In this document: piece after piece, positions 54,136-62,626 of the stretch | Position numbering within the stretch: the stretch's first letter is position 1 | How the letters are laid out: each line of letters starts with the position of its first letter | IMG/VR virus record: IMGVR_UViG_3300043172_000799 | Location: 92,944-156,943 of that record | Strand: one strand, 5' to 3' | From: a virus | Taxonomy: Duplodnaviria; Heunggongvirae; Uroviricota; Caudoviricetes | Length of the DNA: 64,000 bases | Program-made: the position numbers and the translations under genes | The notes under the pieces: model-generated | Database searches by the model: none | The model's input: the letters and a program-made list of their open reading frames with translations, nothing else | Told to the model about the DNA's origin: nothing

Positions 54136-56178
54136 TTAAAAATTAATTTTAATTACTCTTGAAAAATTTCCTTCAATCTTAGTGGTTATACTATTGCGCT
54201 GTGTTGAAGAAAATCCCAAACCTGATAATTGTCTATCTGAAGATGCAACTCGCATTTTTGACCCCATAGCTTCGAAGACTCTTTTGTGCTCCATAAGCTT
54301 AGTATTTAAATGCTCATTGTAGAATCCTCTTGGGGCATTCTCATTTTTGCATTCATCCATGAAGAAGAAATAATGTTTATTCATAATCTCTTCCTGACCA
54401 TCCCAATAATTTGGTGACAGCATTGCTACAGATACTTTTGTGAACTTATTAGTATTTACTCCCCAGATCTCTTTAGAGGAAGTTGTAGAATCTAGAGATT
54501 TAATAAACTTAATGCCATTCTCTCTACTAAACTCAAGGGTAGCTACAGGAACATTCTCTTGGCTTCTAAGCTCTTTTGGGTATTCATAGGAATAAATCTC
54601 TCCCTCATATTCAATCTCGGCAGTAAATCCACTTCTGCCTCCATTATGGGAATAGTTGTGTACGAAGAATTCATATCTTCCCTCTAGCATCTTATGCTTG
54701 TCAGTCCACGTAATATTCTCTACTGCCGGACCATTTGGGCGTTCTCTCATAGGGCGCTGGATATCTACATCAAGTTTCCCACTAGTTCTGCTGGTACGAT
54801 TACCATAATAAAGATGCTCTCCACCTCTAGGTTCCCGTACATGTGCATCAAAGTCATTATCATTGTCCCGATCATCATTCCATTGTATTGAAAATCTGAG
54901 AACACCATCTACATCTCCACCGGCACTCTTAACATTCTGTTTCATACTATCTGCAACATCACCATTATATGCCCACGAAAAATTATTATTCCACTGTAAA
55001 ATACTCTTGGCATCTTTGTCAGTTGGAGCTACTAAACTCATGAAATTCCCTTTGTGTCTATTTTCCATCATAACCTCTACATTGGTAGCTGTAGGAAGAA
55101 TATTCTCTACAAAATCCTCAATAGATACTTCCTCTACCTTATTGAACTTTTTAGGATTCTCAGCCACTTCATCCTTAAGTTCATCAAAGATAGATCCACC
55201 CATTTTATTCTGGGCATCTCTATTTGTCCACAATACATTATTGATAGTGATGTCTTCAAGTACTGCGTGTTTTCTTCCAAGAGATTTCTCCAGCCCCAAT
55301 TCTATCATAGTCTTCTCTGCCTGTTCAACCATCTTCTTGGTGAAAATAGCTTTGGGTCTTTTGTAATTGGAAGGAGCCATTACTCTTTCAAACTTTTTTA
55401 CAGCCTCATCCAGATCCATCTCTTTAGATAAATCAATTAAAAGTGTCCCAACAGCCGTGTTTCGAATTTTAGCTATAGAACTTGCTCCTGAAGTTACCCA
55501 ACACCAGTTGTCCTTTTCTGAGTCGGGAACATCCATAAAAAGTGTTTTGTACTTGATGAACTCAGAAATAGCCTTTCTGTGCTCTTTTCCCCGATAAATA
55601 GATTTCTGATCAATTAGATCTAGAAAGGTATTTCCGGCTTCTAAGGTAAGCTCTACCATAGATCTCTGGAATACCTGTTTAAAGGAGAGAGCAGTTCCCT
55701 GTAAATCTCCTGCCGATTTGCTTGTAGTATTTACAAATTTAGCAGGAAGTTTGTAGTGAAAATGTTCCCATGTAAGAATGCTTTTGTCTTCCAACTGTTC
55801 CCGATTATAATCTGTACCCATGTTTGCTTCTTTAGTTACAAAGATATTTCGTATCGGAGCAGACTTTACCAACGCAGACATCTTCTCTGTTACGACAGCA
55901 AATGTAGGATCAGACACTTCCATATCCCAAATTGAAATCAGGGAGTTGTTCTTGACCACAACCATATTTCCGAAAGGTCTAATAAACTGTCTACAACAAT
56001 TACAGTCAAATTCTCTGCGTTCCCTATGGATCTCGTTTGTACCCTCTGGAAAACTATCCAGATAGGTGTGCCATAAATCATCTTTAGAAACATCTGTCAC
56101 AAAAAGCCTGTCCTGTCCAACCAACATCATGGCAATGTGCTTTTGCATCTCTTTCTTAAATACCTTAAAGTTACTCAT
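54136..56178 (-). CDS. large hypothetical protein (680 aa)
   Basis: Long uninterrupted ORF. 'DCNCCRQF' Cys cluster. No family recognised. Confidence 0.5.
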   Translation of the reverse strand: MSNFKVFKKEMQKHIAMMLVGQDRLFVTDVSKDDLWHTYLDSFPEGTNEIHRERREFDCNCCRQFIRPFGNMVVVKNNSLISIWDMEVSDPTFAVVTEKMSALVKSAPIRNIFVTKEANMGTDYNREQLEDKSILTWEHFHYKLPAKFVNTTSKSAGDLQGTALSFKQVFQRSMVELTLEAGNTFLDLIDQKSIYRGKEHRKAISEFIKYKTLFMDVPDSEKDNWCWVTSGASSIAKIRNTAVGTLLIDLSKEMDLDEAVKKFERVMAPSNYKRPKAIFTKKMVEQAEKTMIELGLEKSLGRKHAVLEDITINNVLWTNRDAQNKMGGSIFDELKDEVAENPKKFNKVEEVSIEDFVENILPTATNVEVMMENRHKGNFMSLVAPTDKDAKSILQWNNNFSWAYNGDVADSMKQNVKSAGGDVDGVLRFSIQWNDDRDNDNDFDAHVREPRGGEHLYYGNRTSRTSGKLDVDIQRPMRERPNGPAVENITWTDKHKMLEGRYEFFVHNYSHNGGRSGFTAEIEYEGEIYSYEYPKELRSQENVPVATLEFSRENGIKFIKSLDSTTSSKEIWGVNTNKFTKVSVAMLSPNYWDGQEEIMNKHYFFFMDECKNENAPRGFYNEHLNTKLMEHKRVFEAMGSKMRVASSDRQLSGLGFSSTQRNSITTKIEGNFSRVIKINF

Positions 56179-56196
56179 TCATTTCCTCCATTTTCC

Positions 56197-56403
56197 TTAA
56201 TTCATCTTTCTTCTGTGTCTTTTCTTATACGTTCTTCTAACTTGTTTCTTAATATGTGATTTCATATTACCATGACCAGAATGTCTTTTGTCCCATGGAT
56301 CACTATATTCTACAATTACTTCTCTAGGCACTCCATAATGTAATATCTTATTCGCTCCCATCAATATACCCAAAATACCAATAAGGATAACCATTTGAAA
56401 CAT
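56197..56403 (-). CDS. small membrane protein with basic tail
   Basis: TM 'MVILIGILGILMGA'. C-terminus 'KKQVRRTYKKRHRRKMN'. Confidence 0.35.
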   Translation of the reverse strand: MFQMVILIGILGILMGANKILHYGVPREVIVEYSDPWDKRHSGHGNMKSHIKKQVRRTYKKRHRRKMN

Positions 56404-56731
56404 TACAACCTTCCAGAATATGAACTAATTCCAATTTAGGGTTATTTAGTCTATCTCTTAGAAATCCCTCTACTAATTCAGGACTGCTTCTAGGGTAGTA
56501 ATCTCCTGTACGCTCAGGGAAATGCTTAGTTATTAGATTTCTTGTTAATGTATAATCCCATTGTCGTAACCTATCTGAGTAGCAACCATCTGTTGCTTTA
56601 TCTCTAGTTTGATAAATAATATAATCATCATAGGAATAAGGATATTTATCTGGAGTTTTTTCAATCGGATTTCCTTCTAAATCTAGATACCTACTATAAC
56701 TACCAAAACCGTCTGAGTTGTATACTATCAT
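56348..56731 (-). CDS. hypothetical protein
   Basis: 127-aa ORF. Confidence 0.35.
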   Translation of the reverse strand: MIVYNSDGFGSYSRYLDLEGNPIEKTPDKYPYSYDDYIIYQTRDKATDGCYSDRLRQWDYTLTRNLITKHFPERTGDYYPRSSPELVEGFLRDRLNNPKLELVHILEGCNVSNGYPYWYFGYIDGSE

Positions 56732-56732
56732 A

Positions 56733-57314
56733 TTATTTTCCTCCCCATTGAGAACGTCTTTCCAAAGAGTTCATTCGCTTTCTTTTCTTCTTCTTGGGCA
56801 TATCTATAAAATCCCCCTCTATTACAGGATCTAAATCGATAAGACTAGTGAGTGTTAATGTTGCCATTGCATCTAAGGTGCAATATCTTTTGAGGAGGTA
56901 TTCTTCGTCATCCATAACAATACCTTCTGCTTCAAACATTGCATTCTCCACAGCTTCTCTTTCTTCCATTCTCTGTATTTCTAGCATTGTGGCTACTACA
57001 ATAGGAAGATTAGTATTTGCAACAGCCAGTGCTTCACGTAGAGCTAGTCCGCCGGAAGAACCCCTAATTATAGCTATATTCATAGTTTCTTTATCAGATA
57101 CCATCTCTTTCTCCTCACACTTTTTGCAAACTACTCTTCTTTTATAACCTATAAACTCAAATTGGCAGATGGAACATACACAATAGTGGTTTCCATTTTC
57201 ATCACTGAAGTCTTCTCGAAAGCTTCTATTGGAGAGCTTCATCATCCTTAAGTTATAGTCAAAGTCGTTCACTGGACATTCCACGAAAGATATTAAAGAA
57301 CCTACTTGGATCAC
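56733..57314 (-). CDS. hypothetical Cys-cluster protein
   Basis: 'CVCSICQF...CKKCEEKE' and a C-terminal 'KKKKRKR'. Confidence 0.35.
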   Translation of the reverse strand: MIQVGSLISFVECPVNDFDYNLRMMKLSNRSFREDFSDENGNHYCVCSICQFEFIGYKRRVVCKKCEEKEMVSDKETMNIAIIRGSSGGLALREALAVANTNLPIVVATMLEIQRMEEREAVENAMFEAEGIVMDDEEYLLKRYCTLDAMATLTLTSLIDLDPVIEGDFIDMPKKKKRKRMNSLERRSQWGGK

Positions 57315-57642
57315 AGATGAGAGAGATTAAGGTATCTAGCACATTATCTTCTAAGATTGTGTGATCCATCTTAGCTATAGTTATGAATTTCTTCTTCATA
57401 AAGTCTGAAATAGATTCAATTTCTACCAGCATAAGAATAATGTCAATTGGTAATTCTTCATTTTCTGTAGCTTCTTCAAGACATTCCATTAAGAATTCAT
57501 CGAAGAAAGCATCTAGTACCTTTGAGAACTCCCTCTCTCTACTTGTTACAAATAAAAACTCAGAGATTGATGCATCTTTAATGAGAAAGCTATCCATGAA
57601 TTTTTTATCTACAAACCATTTTTTGTAATAATTTTCTGTCAC
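57259..57642 (-). CDS. hypothetical protein
   Basis: 127-aa ORF with a good RBS. Confidence 0.35.
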   Translation of the reverse strand: MTENYYKKWFVDKKFMDSFLIKDASISEFLFVTSREREFSKVLDAFFDEFLMECLEEATENEELPIDIILMLVEIESISDFMKKKFITIAKMDHTILEDNVLDTLISLICDPSRFFNIFRGMSSERL

Positions 57643-57661
57643 TTATTCCTCCACTTACAAT

Positions 57662-57690
57662 AACTATACCACATGACTCATTATTTGTCA
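57662..57690 (-). promoter_or_regulatory. putative promoter (TTGACA-17-TATAGT)
   Basis: Minus strand TTGACA 57690..57685. -10 57667..57662. Confidence 0.4.
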
Positions 57691-57694
57691 AGCA

Positions 57695-58282
57695 TTAAAT
57701 CATTCCTTCAACAGCTCCCCAAAGTATCTCCACTGATGGTGTGTAATCTGCACCATAATAAATACTAAAAGCATACTCAATAACCTGTAGGGGGATTCTC
57801 TTGTCTGATTGCATGTTGCCAATGCCCCATGCATATGCCATATATGCTCCGATCCAATCACCCTCTAATTTCTCTACTAAATATCGCATATATATTGCAC
57901 CAATTCGGATGTTCTCATATTTGTCAAGAAGATCTATTGTCTTTCCATTGTTAAATTTATTACTAAAGTATTCTAAATTAGAATCGTTTATCTGGGAGTA
58001 CCCAATACTAGTAGATCCATTCCTCTCATGCCTAATTGCATGTGGATTCATCTGGCTTTCTATTTTATGTTGTCGATATAAGAACTTCACAGGAATCATA
58101 AACCCTCTGCTGATTTCCAAAATGTATTCTCTATCCTCTACTGGGTATTGATATAGAAATCTTTGTTCTTCTGTAATTGTCATCCTTACATAGTCATCTT
58201 CCGGTAGTTCTGTCGGTTTGAATTCTCCGGCATTTGCATAGCTCATCACTGCAAACATTAGTATTAATAAACTTTTTTTCAT
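57695..58282 (-). CDS. secreted lytic transglycosylase (SLT domain)
   Basis: Signal peptide 'MKKSLLILMFAVMSYANA'. 'NGSTSIGYSQINDSNLEYF' matches SLT 'nGS.DiGLMQIN'. 'IGAIYMRYL'. Confidence 0.65.
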   Translation of the reverse strand: MKKSLLILMFAVMSYANAGEFKPTELPEDDYVRMTITEEQRFLYQYPVEDREYILEISRGFMIPVKFLYRQHKIESQMNPHAIRHERNGSTSIGYSQINDSNLEYFSNKFNNGKTIDLLDKYENIRIGAIYMRYLVEKLEGDWIGAYMAYAWGIGNMQSDKRIPLQVIEYAFSIYYGADYTPSVEILWGAVEGMI

Positions 58283-58314
58283 AAAATAAAACTCCTATGT
58301 GTTTTCTATAAATC

Positions 58315-58343
58315 AATATAGCACATAGGAGTCGTGTTGTCAA
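58315..58343 (-). promoter_or_regulatory. putative promoter (TTGACA-17-TATATT)
   Basis: Minus strand TTGACA 58343..58338. TATATT 58320..58315. Upstream of the transglycosylase gene. Confidence 0.45.
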
Positions 58344-58351
58344 GTAGTTTT

Positions 58352-58969
58352 TTAAATATCAGTATATTTCCTTATATCCTTTATTATTTCAAACTTGGTG
58401 GTCTTGAATTTCTTTTGTTTATCAGAATCAGAAGTGAAGATATGCCAAGCATAGCAAGACATCCCGCCCCATTTAATTTTGTCAGGTAGATCTTCTGTCA
58501 TAAAGAACTTGGGATAGCATTTAATTTTCCCTATGTATGCATCATCATCAAAGAACTTTTCATTCATTATAGTGTAGTTCTCCACCCCAATAGGAAGTAA
58601 TGAAAATACAAAGTTACTAATCTCCAAAGCATGTTCTATAAATGCATTCTTTTTTGTGTAGGGTGAATTGAATATGATATAATCATACCACCCATCTTCT
58701 TTTAAGAAATCCTTCTCATATGTGTAACCTGAGTATAAATCAAATTCTGTTACTTGTTCAAAATGCTTCTTTAAAACGTTTCCAATAGCCCCATTTCCAG
58801 CACAAGGATCTAGCACTCTAGCCATTCTTCCAATATTATGGGTGTACAACTTCAGATCCCTCATACCCTCTATTAATGCCATTATTAACGGTGGTGAAGT
58901 TTGATAAAAATCTTTTTTGTTCTCATCATCACTCTTTATCTTTCTATGTATTGCATCATGTACTGCCAT
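58352..58969 (-). CDS. DNA methyltransferase (amino-MTase, likely N6-adenine)
   Basis: Motif I 'LDPCAGNGAIG'. Motif IV 'IIFNSPYTKKN' ((D/N/S)PP(Y/F)-like). Confidence 0.65.
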   Translation of the reverse strand: MAVHDAIHRKIKSDDENKKDFYQTSPPLIMALIEGMRDLKLYTHNIGRMARVLDPCAGNGAIGNVLKKHFEQVTEFDLYSGYTYEKDFLKEDGWYDYIIFNSPYTKKNAFIEHALEISNFVFSLLPIGVENYTIMNEKFFDDDAYIGKIKCYPKFFMTEDLPDKIKWGGMSCYAWHIFTSDSDKQKKFKTTKFEIIKDIRKYTDI

Positions 58970-59410
58970 CTACTCTCCTACAATCTGGTGGTATTTTCCG
59001 TCAATTACTTCTAATTTTATTCTTTCCTTATGGGCAATTACCACATGCTGGCAGTCCGAGCAAAATATCTTTCCCGTTGGCATTTTGTATGTACCCATAT
59101 TATCAGATCCACATTTCGTACATACCAGTTTTATATATTTATCTTCTTTTTTTAATATATTAATATCTACATATGTCTCATCCACACCATCATTTGTAAC
59201 AGAGAGAGTGCAATTTGTTATGTCATGTACTTTTCGTGTTTTTTCCATTACCTCTAACCTTTCAGCCCATGCTGTGGCGATTAAATGTGTTGCTTCTTTG
59301 TACATATTTATAGGGCAATTGACTAAATCCTCAATTGTCTTTATATGATACATTTCTCCCTTTGGTAAACTTAATGGGTTAGCTTCCTTTCCTGTATCAA
59401 TTATATCCAT
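58970..59410 (-). CDS. hypothetical zinc-ribbon protein
   Basis: 'CTKCGSDNMGTYKMPTGKIFCSDCQ'. Confidence 0.35.
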   Translation of the reverse strand: MDIIDTGKEANPLSLPKGEMYHIKTIEDLVNCPINMYKEATHLIATAWAERLEVMEKTRKVHDITNCTLSVTNDGVDETYVDINILKKEDKYIKLVCTKCGSDNMGTYKMPTGKIFCSDCQHVVIAHKERIKLEVIDGKYHQIVGE

Positions 59411-59418
59411 CTCTTCTC

Positions 59419-60960
59419 CTATTTCATTTCAATTTGATATATTTTATTCTTATATTCTAACAATACTTTCTCGCCATAGGCATCAGTGCATAGAATCCCA
59501 TCGAGTGGTATTTTTACATCTCTTAATATTTTATACTGATCCTTTTTAACATGTGTAATAATAAGATCCTCATCAGGGTTTAATAAGATAATCATTCCAT
59601 TTTTCAGAACAGTATAATTACATTCCGCAGGGGCATCTACTTCTACAATATATGATTCATTAAAATCTCTGGAGAATCCATTGGTATTCTGTTTAAAGAT
59701 TCCCACAAAATATTTCTTATCTTTTTCCATAGAGACTACTAAAACATTATTTCTGTATGAACAGTCAGTTATTTTGTACCCATCCAATTTCCCATCTAAA
59801 TTTGTATGAACTAGTGATGTATCATTGGCGACAATAAAATGATTTTTTTTAAAAATTGGATAATAAGCTGCACCATCATACAGTTTTGTATTTAGTGGGA
59901 CATTCATATTAAACGTGGCAGCCATCACATTATATGAAAAGGTGTTTAGCTTCAACATTCCTGATGAAAGCTCCACAAAGGAATCCTCAGAGAGTATAGA
60001 TAGGTTTTTGTGCCCTATAATATCTGCCAACTCGGTGTACCCAACCTTATCTTCTTTCATCTTAAAGAACTTCTTCATTCTGATATCTTTTACTTCGGTT
60101 ATCTTGAGTTTATCAGAGCCTTTCATTGAGATCTCCTTAACTTTTGGAGGCACATTCTGAAACATATTCATAGGAGGAAGAGATCTATTTCCCTTTACAA
60201 ATGTATCCTCATACCAAGTGAGTAACCCTTTTGGGATTATACTAAAATCCTCTACCGAAGCAGGAAGGTTTGTTTTTGAATCAAATACCGAAACATTATT
60301 TTTCATTCTAAGAAGAACATCTTTCTTTGTGTAGTCAGGATGCTTACCTTTAAATGGGTGTATGTTAGTCAGTAGCTGAAAAGTAATAATAGCATAAGAA
60401 TACCAATCAGTTATTTCATTGAATATCTTTTTATCAATTGCCTTTGGATCTGTAATCATGGGGGAAAAAGCTGTAGCTTTATGTCCCTTAGTTTGGTATG
60501 AGTCAATATCAATAAAGTATGGCATATCCAACTTAGCTTTTTCAAATAAGAAATTATTTTCATTTCCATCTACAATAACACAATTGTTCTTATGAATATA
60601 CTCCGTAGTTGTGCGAAGAGTTTCAATCAATTTCAGAATTGAATCTGTTGTAATGTTATTTCTAGTTTTATAACTTTTGGTGAAAAGCTTTGTTAGACTT
60701 TCAGTATTGTGTAGATACTTCATGGAATACCCTACAAAAGTATTATTCTGATCATACAGCACATCTTTAGGACTGACTATATTTGGCTTATCTAAAGTCT
60801 GGAGAATATTTAATTTGCTAATGAAATTATGTGATCTTTCTTTCTGAAATATCTTGTATATGATTCCATCTTTTAGATATATGTCTGCTTCTCCACCGGA
60901 AGTAAGAAAATGAGAATCTGCAATTTTAACCTTATGTCCATTTCTACTAGATATTGTCAT
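59419..60960 (-). CDS. Hanks-type (eukaryotic-like) Ser/Thr protein kinase with about 260-aa C-terminal extension
   Basis: Gly loop 'TSGGEADIYL'. Beta3 Lys 'IYKIFQK'. Catalytic loop 'VIVDGNENNFLF' (D...N). 'FIDIDSY' (DFG-like). 'DWYSYAIITFQLLTNIHPF' matches subdomain IX 'DvWSlGvilyeLltG.pPF'. Confidence 0.6.
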   Translation of the reverse strand: MTISSRNGHKVKIADSHFLTSGGEADIYLKDGIIYKIFQKERSHNFISKLNILQTLDKPNIVSPKDVLYDQNNTFVGYSMKYLHNTESLTKLFTKSYKTRNNITTDSILKLIETLRTTTEYIHKNNCVIVDGNENNFLFEKAKLDMPYFIDIDSYQTKGHKATAFSPMITDPKAIDKKIFNEITDWYSYAIITFQLLTNIHPFKGKHPDYTKKDVLLRMKNNVSVFDSKTNLPASVEDFSIIPKGLLTWYEDTFVKGNRSLPPMNMFQNVPPKVKEISMKGSDKLKITEVKDIRMKKFFKMKEDKVGYTELADIIGHKNLSILSEDSFVELSSGMLKLNTFSYNVMAATFNMNVPLNTKLYDGAAYYPIFKKNHFIVANDTSLVHTNLDGKLDGYKITDCSYRNNVLVVSMEKDKKYFVGIFKQNTNGFSRDFNESYIVEVDAPAECNYTVLKNGMIILLNPDEDLIITHVKKDQYKILRDVKIPLDGILCTDAYGEKVLLEYKNKIYQIEMK

Positions 60961-61714
60961 TTTTCCATACTCCTATAGAGAAATCATCATGGGGAAATAT
61001 ATTTTCTTTAGTGAACTGTTTTATCATGAAGCTCATACGTCTACTTAGGAATTCTCCCGAACCCTTAAACCCAGTTATATGTCTAAGTACTATTTGAGGG
61101 TCAATAACTTTTCCATTTTTTCTGAAATCAAAAATTCCATCGGATGCTATTCCAACATATTCTAGATTTTCTTTTCGAAAAAACTTGTTTGGAAAATTAC
61201 ATTCCTGAAATTCCTCTACCTCTTCTCCTTCAATGTTAAACCACTTCGCAATGTATTTTTGATCCTTTGTAGATTCATCGTACAATTCCTTCCGTTTATT
61301 GTCTATCAGATAAGACGGATACATAGGAGTGTTCTCTGAGTAAGAGTATTCAATAAAGGTAGGAAACTCATCTTCTTTTTTCTTGAAGAATAATAGTCCA
61401 TCACCAATTATACTAACTCGAATATCATTCTTTTCTTCTTTTAATACTAAGCATGTAGCATCAAGATAACTTGTACCTTTTTTCTCTAATGTAGCAGAAC
61501 ATATATGAGCTAAAGCTTCCCAGTTAGGACTATCCATTCTCTTTCTCGATTGCAAATATTTATATCCTACTTCAGAGTATAATAATGCTCCTAGATGACT
61601 ATTCTTAGAGGAGCTACACCCATCTGCTAGAATTATCATATTATTGTCTATATTAGACACGTAATCTTCACAGCGTTCTTTTTGAAATGCTGTTTTCTGA
61701 TATATATCTATCAT
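60947..61714 (-). CDS. PP2C-family Ser/Thr phosphatase
   Basis: 'MIILADGCSSS' matches 'lfaVaDGhGG'. 'VSIIGDGLLFF' matches 'vanvGDSRa'. 'VGIASDGIFDF' matches 'lvlaSDGlwd'. C-terminal 'DDFSIGVW' matches 'DNiTvivv'. Confidence 0.7.
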   Translation of the reverse strand: MIDIYQKTAFQKERCEDYVSNIDNNMIILADGCSSSKNSHLGALLYSEVGYKYLQSRKRMDSPNWEALAHICSATLEKKGTSYLDATCLVLKEEKNDIRVSIIGDGLLFFKKKEDEFPTFIEYSYSENTPMYPSYLIDNKRKELYDESTKDQKYIAKWFNIEGEEVEEFQECNFPNKFFRKENLEYVGIASDGIFDFRKNGKVIDPQIVLRHITGFKGSGEFLSRRMSFMIKQFTKENIFPHDDFSIGVWKNDNI

Positions 61715-61717
61715 TAT

Positions 61718-61942
61718 TCATTTCCTTTGGATATGTTCTCTATTTTTACAGATGTCTTTAATCATGTCTATTTGAGACCATGCTTCTGAGTCTACTGCTC
61801 TTTCGTATTTACAATCTTCACAAGAGCAATAGGATGTCCAGTCCTCAGATAATCCAGTCTGCTTATATGTCTTCTTCTTTAAAGCAAGTAATCTTTTTGT
61901 AGGTAGTTTGTTTAGCAATTCGTAAGAGTAAATGTTAACCAT
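61718..61942 (-). CDS. hypothetical Cys-containing protein
   Basis: 74-aa ORF. 'CSCEDCKYE'. Confidence 0.3.
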   Translation of the reverse strand: MVNIYSYELLNKLPTKRLLALKKKTYKQTGLSEDWTSYCSCEDCKYERAVDSEAWSQIDMIKDICKNREHIQRK

Positions 61943-61949
61943 ATCATTT

Positions 61950-62111
61950 TACCTTTTTATATATTACATCAAACTCAGAACAGTTTTCTAGATTAAACTC
62001 TTTAATAATTTTATCAGCTTCTGATCTACAAGTCTTTATTCCTTTCGCTTTAAAACAGCAACCTGAACATAAACCATTAGGACTTGTTCTTTCTATTGCT
62101 ACATATTCCAT
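61950..62111 (-). CDS. 53-aa Cys-rich miniprotein (not in ORF track)
   Basis: MEYVAIERTSPNGLCSGCCFKAKGIKTCRSEADKIIKEFNLENCSEFDVIYKKVK. Stop overlaps downstream ATG (ATGATATGG). Confidence 0.3.
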
Positions 62112-62139
62112 ATTATATATTCCTTTCTGATGATCATGC

Positions 62140-62174
62140 CTAAAGTTTAATTTTTAATAATGCTTAAACTTTAG
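62140..62174 (-). repeat. perfect 11-bp inverted repeat (stem-loop), 14 nt downstream of a gene stop
   Basis: 'ctaaagtttaa' ... 13-nt loop ... 'ttaaactttag'. No T-run follows. Confidence 0.4.
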
Positions 62175-62187
62175 ACATACTATTGTT

Positions 62188-62583
62188 TTAGTTATCACTC
62201 GCTTCAATGCTAACTTCATCTGCTATAGACATAACTGGTTTATGAATCTTGACTAATTCGTAATTAACTATACTACTTATAATTTTGATCCAAGTTTCAA
62301 AAGAAAAATCACCATCTGGTAAATCACTTCCTCTTGTCCAAACTTCTCCAGCTCTAGGAGTTCTACAACTAGTTGTACAACCAAGATAGCCTTTATCATC
62401 CTCTTTTCTATTTAGGTCTGGTAAGCTAGCAGATATACTATATTTGTTTGTTTTAGTAAATAAGTATACTCGTACTCTTGTGTTTTCTTCATCAATAGTT
62501 GAACAATCTTCCATTTTATATTTAAAATGACTTCCAATACCTAACCATTCTTCTAACTGTGTTTTCATCTCATTTAGTTCCAT
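62188..62583 (-). CDS. hypothetical protein
   Basis: 131-aa ORF. Confidence 0.35.
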   Translation of the reverse strand: MELNEMKTQLEEWLGIGSHFKYKMEDCSTIDEENTRVRVYLFTKTNKYSISASLPDLNRKEDDKGYLGCTTSCRTPRAGEVWTRGSDLPDGDFSFETWIKIISSIVNYELVKIHKPVMSIADEVSIEASDN

Positions 62584-62626
62584 AACAGAACCTCCTATTT
62601 TTATTTATACTAGAATCATAACAATT

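Noticed and set aside
54136-56178. Assignment as an Alt-like ADP-ribosyltransferase
   Set aside because: Size is similar to T4 Alt, and 'RTS...EIEYE' superficially recalls R-STS-ExE. But the order and spacing could not be supported, so it is left as hypothetical.
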